In this document: in pieces, positions 31,200-41,205 of the stretch | How the letters are laid out: each line of letters begins with the position of its first letter | Position numbering within the stretch: position 1 is the first letter of the stretch | NCBI GenBank assembly: GCA_963796275.1 | Contig: CAWCKY010000004.1 | Span: 672,001 to 736,000 of the forward strand | Length of the DNA stretch: 64,000 bases | Reading direction: 5' to 3' | Source of the DNA: an uncultured Acidobacteriota bacterium | Lineage (GTDB): Bacteria; Acidobacteriota; Blastocatellia; RBC074 | Position numbers and translations under genes: made by a program | Notes under the pieces: generated by a model | What the model was told of the DNA's origin: nothing | Database searches by the model: none | The model's input: only the letters and a program-made list of their open reading frames with translations

Positions 31200-32063
31200 A
31201 TGGATTGTAACAAGTTTCAGGATTCAATTTCAGATTATCTTGATTGCGCGCTAGATGCGCGCACACGAGCGGAGTGTGCCGCACATCGTCTTATTTGCCG
31301 CGGGTGCCGTGAACTTTACAACGATGTGCGCGCGGCGGTACAGGCGCTCAGTTCAGTAGCCCAGCGCCCCCTGGCCGAACCTGCGGGACTCGAGCATCGA
31401 ATCATCGCCGCGACTTCCGCGGGTGAGATGTTGAGTTGCGGCGATTTCGACAAACTGATCGAGCGTTATTTCGACGGTGTCATTCTCGCTCCGACTTTTC
31501 AGACTTTTCAAGCTCATTTTGAAAAATGCCTCAAGTGCCGCCGCCTGATGGGCGGAATTGAAGAAGCTATCGCCACCTGCCGAGAGATCAAGGAGACCGA
31601 GATCGAAATGCCGGAGTCTCTTCACGATCGTATCGTTGCGGCTACCGTGGGTGCTACGCATTCCGGCAACTGGTACCGGCGGCGGAGAGATGCCTTGGCT
31701 CTATTCCTGAGCGGCCAGGTGCGCCCGCTATGGACAGCGCAGATGGCAGTCGCTGCCCTTATCTTTGCTGCGAGCAGTCTCTTGATCCTCTCGCGCTTCG
31801 GCAGCGTCAAAGGGATGGCAACTCAGGCCGGCGTCCGGGCGGAGTCCCTGTTCAATCATGGACAGCGGGCGATCAGTAGTACCAGCGCGATGGCTCGCAC
31901 CGGTTTCCAGCGGGTCTCATTCCTGTTCGACGAGGGAGCGGCGCAACCCGATCCTATCAAACCGCCTCCGTCGCCGAACGGCTCAGAAGATCAGCCTCCC
32001 CTCCCCCAAAAAACCGAACCCACTCCCACCACAGAACGCTACGGCAAGGAAAATAAGAGATGA
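31200..32063 (+). CDS. anti-sigma factor with two zf-HC2 (ZAS) domains and a TM helix
   Basis: AHRLICRGC and AHFEKCLKC (HxxxCxxC twice); TM MAVAALIFAASSLLIL. Confidence 0.88.
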   Translation: MDCNKFQDSISDYLDCALDARTRAECAAHRLICRGCRELYNDVRAAVQALSSVAQRPLAEPAGLEHRIIAATSAGEMLSCGDFDKLIERYFDGVILAPTFQTFQAHFEKCLKCRRLMGGIEEAIATCREIKETEIEMPESLHDRIVAATVGATHSGNWYRRRRDALALFLSGQVRPLWTAQMAVAALIFAASSLLILSRFGSVKGMATQAGVRAESLFNHGQRAISSTSAMARTGFQRVSFLFDEGAAQPDPIKPPPSPNGSEDQPPLPQKTEPTPTTERYGKENKR

Positions 32064-32785
32064 AATGCGCTTACCATCCAACAAAAATCGCGAGCGCGCG
32101 CTGCAGTTCGTGCGAAGGTCACCTCTGCGCTGCCTGTGATCATCGGATAAAGGGGTATCCCTATTGTCAGGATTGCATCGTCGCAGGCATCGAAATGTTG
32201 CGGGTTAGCGCTCCCCAACTCCGCGGCGTAAAAGCGCGCGCCCGGGGGAAATCGGCGCTGATCGCCCTCATACTCGGCCTTATTCCGGGCCTCGGGGCGG
32301 CATACAACGGGCAGAACGTCAAAGCCCTGGTCCACTTCGTTGTCACGGTAGGACTATGGACGCTCGCCGATACATTCCACTCACCGCTCGGGATTTTCAT
32401 CGCTCTTTCAGGTGCGGCTATATATTTTTATTCGCTCTACGATGCATTTGCGTCGGCGAAGCGTCATTCGGCCGGAGTAGATATGGAGGCGGAAGAGGAC
32501 AGGCTCAGACAATTCTTGCGTGAGCGAACACTCGCGTGGGGTAGCCTGTTGGTTGGAATCGGCACTCTGGCAATCCTGAATCGCTATTTTCCGAATCAAG
32601 TCCACAGCCTCTGGCCGCTGCTGCTGGTGGCGGCTGGAATTTATATCATCCTTCGCGGATATCAGCGCGAAGGAGAGAGTAGCAATACCGGCTATCGTAC
32701 CCCGCCACCTTCCGTGATTCCGCCGTCGATTTATGATCGCTCAACGAGCGACCTCGCGCAGGCTGAGAGCAGGTACGACCGTTAG
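32060..32785 (+). CDS. B-box-like zinc finger membrane protein with LiaF-like TM segment
   Basis: CAYHP...CSSC...CAAC...CQDC, IPGLGAAYNGQ, LWPLLLV; ATGA overlap. Confidence 0.82.
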   Translation: MKCAYHPTKIASARCSSCEGHLCAACDHRIKGYPYCQDCIVAGIEMLRVSAPQLRGVKARARGKSALIALILGLIPGLGAAYNGQNVKALVHFVVTVGLWTLADTFHSPLGIFIALSGAAIYFYSLYDAFASAKRHSAGVDMEAEEDRLRQFLRERTLAWGSLLVGIGTLAILNRYFPNQVHSLWPLLLVAAGIYIILRGYQREGESSNTGYRTPPPSVIPPSIYDRSTSDLAQAESRYDR

Positions 32786-32875
32786 TAGATGGTCGTCGAT
32801 GTCAATTGTTGATAAGGAAGAATCTTCTTTCACTATCAACTCTCAACTATCAATTCTCGACTAGCAACCGAAGAG

Positions 32876-34291
32876 ATGTTCAAACGAATCGTCACATTGC
32901 TATTGGGAATCGGGCTGATCGGTGTCGGTCTGCTATTTTTTATCGGGCAGGAGCGGCACTACGCCGTCGAGATACTGACCCGGTACTGGCCTCTATTTTT
33001 GATCATCGCGGGATTGGTCAGGGTCACCGGCTACCTCATCGACCGTCACCCGCGATCCCCCCTCGGTGGAATGATCATCATAGCGTTGGGTGGGATACTA
33101 CTTTCGGCCAATCTGCGGGGTGAGCAGTCTATCATTCGGATTTTCGGCCATTATTGGTTCTGGGTGTTATTGGCATTGATCATTGGCCGGATCCTACATC
33201 AGTACACACATCGACTCGAAGACGGTCCCCGGCCGGCGGCATTCTCGGTTGCCGCGATAGTATTAATGATGTTCATAGCCGGCAGCGGGCTGGCAGCCAA
33301 TTATCTGGCGAAAAAGGCGCAAAATGTATCACCTATGAATCTGGGCGCAGCGCATATCGGTGACTTGCGGGATTACGTCTTTGGGAGGCAGGTGGCTATC
33401 GAAGACGAACCGCCGCGGACCTTTGCCCTGGCACCAGATTCACGGTTGATCGTCGATGGCACGAATGGCGACGTGGAAATCGCTGCGGCCGACCAAGCAC
33501 AAGCCAGCGTGCGTATTATCAAAAGGATAAGGGCTCTCGGTGACGACGAGGCCCGGGCATTCGCACCAAATATCCAGCTGCAAATCTACCAGGATGGCGA
33601 TGACCAGCGAATCGGCGTCAGGGCTTCGTCCGAATTGAAGCAGGATTTCAGCACCTCGATACTATTGGTTCTCCCGCGAAACATCGAACCAGATGTCGAG
33701 GTGATCGATTGCAGCGGGTCGGTCAAATTAACCGGCCTCAAAGGCGATCACACCATCCGTAACGGGCGGGACATCGAAGTGAGAGACCACACGGGCCGCG
33801 TCAGGATAGAGAGCCCGCGGGGTCTGGTCGAGCTCAGACAGATTCACGGCGGAATCGAACTGGTCGACGCCCGTACCGGCAGCGTCACTATTGAAGACCT
33901 TGATGGCCCCGCATCGATCGATACGAGAGGTGATGTTACCGTTCGGAATTTCCACGATATCATCAATGTCAGTACGGCGGACGGCACGATCAGGCTTGCG
34001 ACAAACGGAAGGGTCGGCGCAGATATCAAAGCGATAACCGATAAGGGCCGAATAAACCTCTCCCTCCCGGATGACACTGGCTTCCGTCTCGATGCCGAGA
34101 CGTATCGCGGCCGCGTCCGAGTGAGCGGTTTTAACCGGATCAATCTCCAACGAAGCAGCCGGTCTAACGCCCTCGGATACAATGTTTCGAACGCTGCACC
34201 CAATGTCATCCTGCGCGCGAAAAATGGCGATATCCGGGTGCAATCTGCTGATATGAGGATCGCCAACCGGGAAAATAATGGAGATAAATGA
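32876..34291 (+). CDS. membrane protein with DUF4097-like beta-repeat domain
   Basis: N-terminal TMs with YWPLFLI; repeated NGDV/SGSV/DGTI/KGRI/NGDI strands. Confidence 0.85.
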   Translation: MFKRIVTLLLGIGLIGVGLLFFIGQERHYAVEILTRYWPLFLIIAGLVRVTGYLIDRHPRSPLGGMIIIALGGILLSANLRGEQSIIRIFGHYWFWVLLALIIGRILHQYTHRLEDGPRPAAFSVAAIVLMMFIAGSGLAANYLAKKAQNVSPMNLGAAHIGDLRDYVFGRQVAIEDEPPRTFALAPDSRLIVDGTNGDVEIAAADQAQASVRIIKRIRALGDDEARAFAPNIQLQIYQDGDDQRIGVRASSELKQDFSTSILLVLPRNIEPDVEVIDCSGSVKLTGLKGDHTIRNGRDIEVRDHTGRVRIESPRGLVELRQIHGGIELVDARTGSVTIEDLDGPASIDTRGDVTVRNFHDIINVSTADGTIRLATNGRVGADIKAITDKGRINLSLPDDTGFRLDAETYRGRVRVSGFNRINLQRSSRSNALGYNVSNAAPNVILRAKNGDIRVQSADMRIANRENNGDK

Positions 34292-34509
34292 TTTATATGG
34301 CTTTTATCTTTAAAATTCTTGCCCTCATATCTTCGCTCGTGAGCACCATCTATCTGATCATCTGGGGAGTTCGTAGCGGCCTGCTGGTTATAGCGACGAT
34401 CTTCGGCCTGGTAAAAATTATAATCTTGCTGGCTTTTTTCACCCTGCTCGTGTATATTTTCTATCTAATGTTGCCCTCAAAAAATCGCCCCTCCCCCAAA
34501 GAAAGCTGA
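34288..34509 (+). CDS. small membrane protein
   Basis: 73-aa hydrophobic ORF with ATGA overlap and GGAG RBS. Confidence 0.6.
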   Translation: MIYMAFIFKILALISSLVSTIYLIIWGVRSGLLVIATIFGLVKIIILLAFFTLLVYIFYLMLPSKNRPSPKES

Positions 34510-34752
34510 TTAATCCATTTTACGATCTCGCCCGTACGTGCAAGTGAAGATCAGCGGCCCTATCCACGCTGTGAAAAATCGGCGCTGGTAACCCATTAAA
34601 TTTTCCGACCCGTAAATATCGATGTGCAATTAGTTTTGCTTGCAAGAATAATATTGCAGCGATTCACAAGTTAACATCTATTTAACAATTCCGATTATGC
34701 TGTCTGCGCCATCTGTTGTAGACAGTCTAACCCCACTTGGAGGCAAATACAG

Positions 34753-35277
34753 ATGATGAATTACAAGACTCTGGTAATGAGCTTTGCATTGGGGGCAGCG
34801 TTTTCCGTCACATCGCTGGCCCAAGACACTAGAACACTTTATGAACGACTGGGCGGACAGACCGCTGTTTCAGCAGTGGTTGATGAATTTGCTGGTATCG
34901 TACTCAAAGACGACCGCATCAACAGGAAGTTCTCAAAAAGCGATCCGACACGTCTCGTCACAAACCTCAAAGCATTTGTGTGCAGCGCGACTGGCGGACC
35001 TTGCGCATATAATGGCAGGGACATGAAGACCTCGCACAAGGGCATGGCTACGACCGCCGGCGAGTTCAATGCGCTGGTAGAGGACCTGGTTAAGGCTCTC
35101 GATAAATTCAAAGTTCCAGAGCGCGAAAAGAACGAACTGCTCGGCGCGTTGGGCGGGTTGAAGGGCGACGTAGTTGAAGTCGAATCTCAAGCTACCGGAA
35201 CCGAACTGCCCAAGAAGTTCGATCCAGCTCCGCCGCTCGGCGAGAAGGACAAAAAGATCAAGAAGAAGAAGAAGTAA
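34753..35277 (+). CDS. group I truncated (2/2) hemoglobin with signal peptide
   Basis: [17 protein letters not shown]...H (proximal His); signal peptide ending SLA-QD; GGAGG RBS. Confidence 0.92.
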   Translation: MMNYKTLVMSFALGAAFSVTSLAQDTRTLYERLGGQTAVSAVVDEFAGIVLKDDRINRKFSKSDPTRLVTNLKAFVCSATGGPCAYNGRDMKTSHKGMATTAGEFNALVEDLVKALDKFKVPEREKNELLGALGGLKGDVVEVESQATGTELPKKFDPAPPLGEKDKKIKKKKK

Positions 35278-35454
35278 ATTAGTTCATATATTTTTCTTTA
35301 ATGGTTCGCAAGTATCTGCTTCAGCCGGAAGGTTATGGTTATCAGGCTATCGCGGCTGGAATAGTTACACGAATGAGAACCTTTCATCGATTATAATGGG
35401 TAGGACAGGTTACTAACTTGTCCTACCCATTTTTCATTCTTAACCGAGGGAAAT

Positions 35455-35826
35455 ATGAAAAACAGTATAACAATGAAACTTCTCCCGATCGTATGGCTGC
35501 TTCTCTGTTCGATAGCAACGCTTCCCGATCAAACGATCCGATCGGCGGTCTCGGCTCAATCGAACAACCAAATATCTATCACAAACAGCAAGTTCGAACC
35601 GAAAAAGTTAACTGTGACTGAAGGTACCACAGTGACATGGAGCAATTCTGAAGGTGTCCACACTGTTAAATCAGATACAGGCGCATTCGTCTCAGCGACT
35701 CTGAGCGCCGGCGACAAATTCACCTATCAGTTTACCAAGGCCGGGTCCTACCCCTACCACTGTACTTTTCACGGGCAAAAAGAAGGGCATGGGATGGCAG
35801 GAACGATAGTTGTAAAGAAGAAGTGA
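35455..35826 (+). CDS. exported cupredoxin (plastocyanin/amicyanin-like)
   Basis: FEPKKLTV..GTTVTWSN..HTV, YHCTFH.......MAGTIVV type-1 copper ligands. Confidence 0.9.
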   Translation: MKNSITMKLLPIVWLLLCSIATLPDQTIRSAVSAQSNNQISITNSKFEPKKLTVTEGTTVTWSNSEGVHTVKSDTGAFVSATLSAGDKFTYQFTKAGSYPYHCTFHGQKEGHGMAGTIVVKKK

Positions 35827-35995
35827 GCGGTACAGGAGACAGAAAGTCGGAAAAATAAAATCTCTATTGATCTAACAAAAAGTTTCACACTTCAGCCTAA
35901 CATTTTCTGTCTCCTGAAATCCGACCTCACACAGCTAGTCAAAAGATAATCGCCTTAACGATGCCATCGCGTTTCAGATCGCGCTCAGAGATCGC

Positions 35996-36067
35996 GTTTG
36001 GAGTTCCGCGTTTACGCGGTCTTCTTTTCGATTAATTTTCTGACCGCCTGAAGGCGTAACTCCGAAC
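35996..36067. repeat. REP-like doublet (REPIN-type)
   Basis: TTGGAGTTCCGCGTTTACGCGGTC and GACCGCCTGAAGGCGTAACTCCGAAC in inverted arrangement; near-identical copies at 48565-48628. Confidence 0.75.
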
Positions 36068-36191
36068 GGTTGTCGATCGACTCGCGTGTCAAAAATGTTT
36101 GTTAGCAATCACTGGAAAAGCTCGTTTTGCCAGATCGAAAAGAGATTGTCGGTAAATTCGGAGAGGAGGTGTTCAATACAGCAACCGATGG

Positions 36192-36842
36192 TCACTTATC
36201 CAGCGGGAGGATTCCCCGTTTCAGAGCATAACGAACTAGCTCCGCGTTATTCTGCACACCCAGTTTTCGCATCAAATTTGCGCGATGCCCTTCGGCTGTC
36301 CTGGGGCTGATGAAGAGTTGTTGCGCTATCTCTATACTGGTGCGGCCCTCGGCCACCAACTGCAGGACTTCACGCTCACGCGTCGTCAGCAGTTCATAAG
36401 GATCGTTGGAAACCGACTCGAATCTCTGAGCATACAACTCGAGTTCTCTTTCGGAGAGCGGCGGACTGAGATATCGTCTACCTGCCGCGACTTCACGTAT
36501 TGCTTGTATCAGATCTGTGGCTTGAGAATCTTTGAGCACGTAGCCGGTCGCGCCATTCTTGAGCGCTTCCAGAACATACGAGTCATCGGTGTACATTGAA
36601 AGGATGACTACCTTGGTTTGCGGTAAGCTCTTCGTTACTTGCCGTGTAACCTCCAATCCGTTGAGGCCCGGCATCATAACATCGGTGATCAGAACATCCG
36701 GTTTCAATCTGATGGCTAAACGTACTGCTTCGAGCCCATCTCCCGCCTCGCCAACCAGGTGGAAGTTCTGCTCACTTTCTAAAAGAGCTCGTAAACCCTG
36801 CCGGACGATGGGATGATCATCAGCCAGCATAATGTTTATCAT
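36192..36842 (-). CDS. NarL/LuxR-family response regulator (no adjacent kinase)
   Basis: LADDHPIVRQG, DVMMPGLNG, GYVLK, LTTREREVLQLVAEG...HRANLMRKL. Confidence 0.95.
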   Translation of the reverse strand: MINIMLADDHPIVRQGLRALLESEQNFHLVGEAGDGLEAVRLAIRLKPDVLITDVMMPGLNGLEVTRQVTKSLPQTKVVILSMYTDDSYVLEALKNGATGYVLKDSQATDLIQAIREVAAGRRYLSPPLSERELELYAQRFESVSNDPYELLTTREREVLQLVAEGRTSIEIAQQLFISPRTAEGHRANLMRKLGVQNNAELVRYALKRGILPLDK

Positions 36843-37708
36843 CTGAGTATGGTTGTTTCCTTAGCCTCAGCTTCTTTTTTCTGCTTTTTCTCCGCTTCCC
36901 TCTTCTGCAGCAAGGTAGATGCCTGCTCGTTGAGCTTCAATGCTATCTCACCCAATTCTTTGCGTTTTACCGGATCCTTGGTCAACATCTGACGCTCGCG
37001 ATAGAGCAATCCCTTGTAGAATAATGAATTACTATCCTCCGGGTCTTGTTCTAAAGCCTTCTCGATAAACTCGAGGCCTTTGGTGACGCAATCCTCCGAT
37101 TTCCGCTTATCCGCCAGCGCTGCGGGATAATCCATATCACGGTAATGCCAGACGTCGCTTGCATTGGTCTTATTCTGGTACCGATTAGTCTGGTCGTGCG
37201 AACAATTGAAGTATCTGACTGCGATGTGATAGTAGCTGGTGAGCCGGGTCTCCTTAGAGGAGCAGCTATCCTCCGCCCGCTTCAATATCCAGGTGCGCCA
37301 GGAGTCATTATCACTCAGGTCATCGTAGATGACTGCGATATTACTGATGGCATTGTCTCTGTTCGTACAATTGCTGCCGGAGAGAGATAGAGCCTTCTCA
37401 AAAACCTGGAGCGCTTGATTCGCAATCTCCTTCTTCTTGCCCTCGTCTTTATCCTGTTCCTTGTAATCCCTGACCAGGGTCGCTCCATAATAGAGCCAGG
37501 CTACCGAGTTGGAGGGATCGTATTCAGTAGCTTCCAGGAAGAAAGTTTTGGCCGCTTCCCTGTCTCCCGTGTTGAATTTAAGAACACCCTGGTTGAGCTT
37601 ATCCTTGGCCAGGACTTTACGTGCATAATCGCAACCGGAACCGAATAAGGCGAATGCCACGATTCCGGCTAAGACGAACGCGGATGATATATTTCTCAAG
37701 AGTTTCAT
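36839..37708 (-). CDS. TPR-repeat lipoprotein associated with the Ton/Tol motor operon
   Basis: Lipobox-like FGSG-C; TPR-like helices (AWLYYG, EKALEQDP..SLFYKGLLY). Confidence 0.8.
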   Translation of the reverse strand: MKLLRNISSAFVLAGIVAFALFGSGCDYARKVLAKDKLNQGVLKFNTGDREAAKTFFLEATEYDPSNSVAWLYYGATLVRDYKEQDKDEGKKKEIANQALQVFEKALSLSGSNCTNRDNAISNIAVIYDDLSDNDSWRTWILKRAEDSCSSKETRLTSYYHIAVRYFNCSHDQTNRYQNKTNASDVWHYRDMDYPAALADKRKSEDCVTKGLEFIEKALEQDPEDSNSLFYKGLLYRERQMLTKDPVKRKELGEIALKLNEQASTLLQKREAEKKQKKEAEAKETTILR

Positions 37709-37736
37709 AGTTACTCTGACCACAAAATGAGCTGGC

Positions 37737-38171
37737 TCACTGATCGAGGCCTTCAATCTGAAGGCCGATGGGCTGTGCCCCCGTCTTTTTGACTACGTCT
37801 ATCACTTTAACAACTTCTCCGAACGGAATCCCGGTCGGAGCTTTGATGAATACCGACCGGCGATCCAGCGGACGTTTATCGATATTAAAGAAGAGCCGTT
37901 CGTAGAGCAGCGGCAGCCCTTTCAACTCCTCTGTGTTCAGTTTGTAGACGTCACCTTCCCTCGGGACTATCACAACGAGGGCTAACACATCGGGTTGTAC
38001 ATCAGGCTGATTCTCAGGTGGCTTCTCCGGTATCTTCGCTTCGAACCGGTGCGGTTTCTGTGGGCTGATCACCATGAAGATGATCAACAACACTAACAAG
38101 ACATCGATCAGAGGCGTCATATTAATGTAAGGGGTTGCTTCAGTCTGACTCCCCCCACCGCCCATTGCCAT
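37737..38171 (-). CDS. exbD: ExbD/TolR family protein
   Basis: INMTPLIDVLLVLLIIFMV. Confidence 0.9.
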   Translation of the reverse strand: MAMGGGGSQTEATPYINMTPLIDVLLVLLIIFMVISPQKPHRFEAKIPEKPPENQPDVQPDVLALVVIVPREGDVYKLNTEELKGLPLLYERLFFNIDKRPLDRRSVFIKAPTGIPFGEVVKVIDVVKKTGAQPIGLQIEGLDQ

Positions 38172-38215
38172 GGTTTTTCTCCTTTTCGCTAAAAACTTTC
38201 AACAGGGTGAGATTA

Positions 38216-38680
38216 TTACTCCTGCCTCTTCCTCTCAGCCACGAGCCCGATCTGTTGAATACCGGCCTCACGTATCGCGTTAACTACCTCCACAATCTCA
38301 CCATAATTCACATTGGTTCCACCTTTGATGTAGACGATGCGCGGGACGCCTTCAGGAAGCTTCTGAACGAGAGAATCGATCGTTGAAACCAAACTGTCTT
38401 TTCCCTGTACCTGGTCACGATTTACGTAATAGATACCGTCTGTCGGGATCGAGACTATTATGGAATCCTCTCTCGTGATGTTATCGTCCTGATCGGGATT
38501 ATCGCCTCTCGGCAAAGTCACCGCCACGCCTTGTTGAAGCAGCGGAGTAACGACCATGAAGATAATCAGCAAGACGAGCATGATATCGACCATCGGTGTG
38601 ACGTTGATATCCGCTGCAAGGCTACCTGCTGCCCCTCCCTGTGATCCTGCTGGACCCATGCCCATAACTAATTCCTCCAA
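38216..38680 (-). CDS. exbD: ExbD/TolR family protein
   Basis: INVTPMVDIMLVLLIIFMVVTP; C-terminal AGIQQIGL. Confidence 0.9.
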   Translation of the reverse strand: MEELVMGMGPAGSQGGAAGSLAADINVTPMVDIMLVLLIIFMVVTPLLQQGVAVTLPRGDNPDQDDNITREDSIIVSIPTDGIYYVNRDQVQGKDSLVSTIDSLVQKLPEGVPRIVYIKGGTNVNYGEIVEVVNAIREAGIQQIGLVAERKRQE

Positions 38681-38830
38681 AGAATATATGCGTCAGGTTG
38701 TCTTATAAACGACATCGAATAAATGACATCGGACTATGACATCGACCCTCAAACCTGGAGACCGAAACCCGGACTCCAGGCCTGAGTATAGAACCAACCC
38801 TACTGAAGGACTCTTATCAAGAGTGGAGGC

Positions 38831-39604
38831 TTACCGCCTGCCACGTTGTTTGAGGAAGAAATCGATCAACTCCGCCGAAGAGTTATCCATTTCCACCACA
38901 AAATTATCTACTTTGCTGACGAAGTAGTTGAAGAGCCAGACTGCCGGCACAGCCACCGCAAGTCCGACGGCCGTGGTCACCAGGGCCTCGGCGATGCCGC
39001 CCGCCACTGACGAGAGTCCGGCTGATGCCGTCTGCTTCATTCCGACGAATGCGTTGATGATTCCAAACACAGTCCCGAACAAACCCACGAACGGCGCGGT
39101 CGAGCCGATGGTGGCCAGGCCGGAAAGGCCGCGTTTGAATTCGGATACCTTGATCGCTTCCGCCCGCTGGCAGGCCCGTTTGGATGCGTCTATCACGTCT
39201 CCCGATAGATCGGTGGCCATCTGGTGGGCGCGGAATTCCTGCAGACCCGCATTGACGACCATCGCGAGATGACTCTTCTTGTATTTATCCGAGAGCGCGA
39301 TCGCTTCATCGATCTTCTGACTTCTGAGCGACGTTGCAACTTTCGGCGCGAACTCGCGCGATTGACTCCTCGCCGCGCTGAATGTCAGATAGCGCTCGAC
39401 CATGATCGCTATCGACCACATCGACATAATCAACAGAATGGCAAGCACCACGCGCGCCACCCATCCCATGTTTCGCCAGATACCCGGCAACGACCAGTCG
39501 AAAACCTCCGCTCCTTCAGGTTCCTGTAAAAACATGAATGCGAAAGGAGCTACCGATAACCAGATTTGACTTAGCAAAATCATCATGATTCTGAAATCCT
39601 CCAA
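38831..39604 (-). CDS. exbB: ExbB/TolQ/MotA proton channel (likely start near 39586)
   Basis: LATIGSTAPFVGLFGTVFGI, GIAEALVTTAVGLAVAVPA. Confidence 0.92.
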   Translation of the reverse strand: MEDFRIMMILLSQIWLSVAPFAFMFLQEPEGAEVFDWSLPGIWRNMGWVARVVLAILLIMSMWSIAIMVERYLTFSAARSQSREFAPKVATSLRSQKIDEAIALSDKYKKSHLAMVVNAGLQEFRAHQMATDLSGDVIDASKRACQRAEAIKVSEFKRGLSGLATIGSTAPFVGLFGTVFGIINAFVGMKQTASAGLSSVAGGIAEALVTTAVGLAVAVPAVWLFNYFVSKVDNFVVEMDNSSAELIDFFLKQRGRR

Positions 39605-39857
39605 TTGAGTGGTTAGTAAACTTTGATTACTCTAAAAGCCAACAACCTTAACGTCCGCCTCAACGTCCGTCAGATCGTGTCGATGGCTTTGAAACTTACA
39701 GGCTTCATCTGCACCTGCTTTGACACCGCCAGGAGTATTTATGTTCCGGGGTAGCTCTCCGGGCATTCCGCGCACCATACAGACAGAGCGATGTGGTATG
39801 AGCAATAAACAATAAATATGAGCGATCTATCGGAATAAACTGGCAGCGAGACGCTCT

Positions 39858-39929
39858 GAAAATAGACGGGATTTACCGAAAATTCAAGATTCACACTGAT
39901 CAAAAAATCCGGTAAATCCTGTCTATTTC
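39858..39929. repeat. palindromic element of the TAGACAGGATTTAC family
   Basis: AAATAGACGGGATTTACCG ... CGGTAAATCCTGTCTATTT; related copy TAGACAGGATTTACAG...TTCAAGATTCAC at 47381-47412. Confidence 0.65.
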
Positions 39930-40018
39930 AATATTCTTCATAATTCATTCTTCTAGATATATACGCCTCAATGCGTCATCCGCGTGCTTATACGCGACTT
40001 ATATAAAGAACGACGGCA

Positions 40019-40793
<775 letters not shown>

Positions 40794-41205
40794 TTGCCGA
40801 TGGGCGGGAGAGTCACTACTCCCGATAAAATACCATCTACCTGAACAGATATTGTATTTATGAAATTATTTATTTGAGGCGAATTGCCTCTCACCGAACC
40901 ATTGCTACAGCACTCCGGCCCGTAGCTCCACTTCCCTACAGTTCAAATACAAATATATCCACTTAAACTTGCGAGTTGGACAAGGGTCATTCCAGAAATG
41001 AATCACGCCTTAGTCCAAGCACCCGCTTGTTGAACTGCAAGACTTCGACTTGCTCTTTATTTTCCAGTGACAATCCTGAGTACAACTATAGTTTTATAGA
41101 AGGGTCAGCAACGATTTGGAGTCTACTATCTGAATTTATTCCAGTCAAGACATCTTACAAACTTTTGTTAGAGCTGACTACAAATTTATCTTTATCTGCC
41201 CTTCT

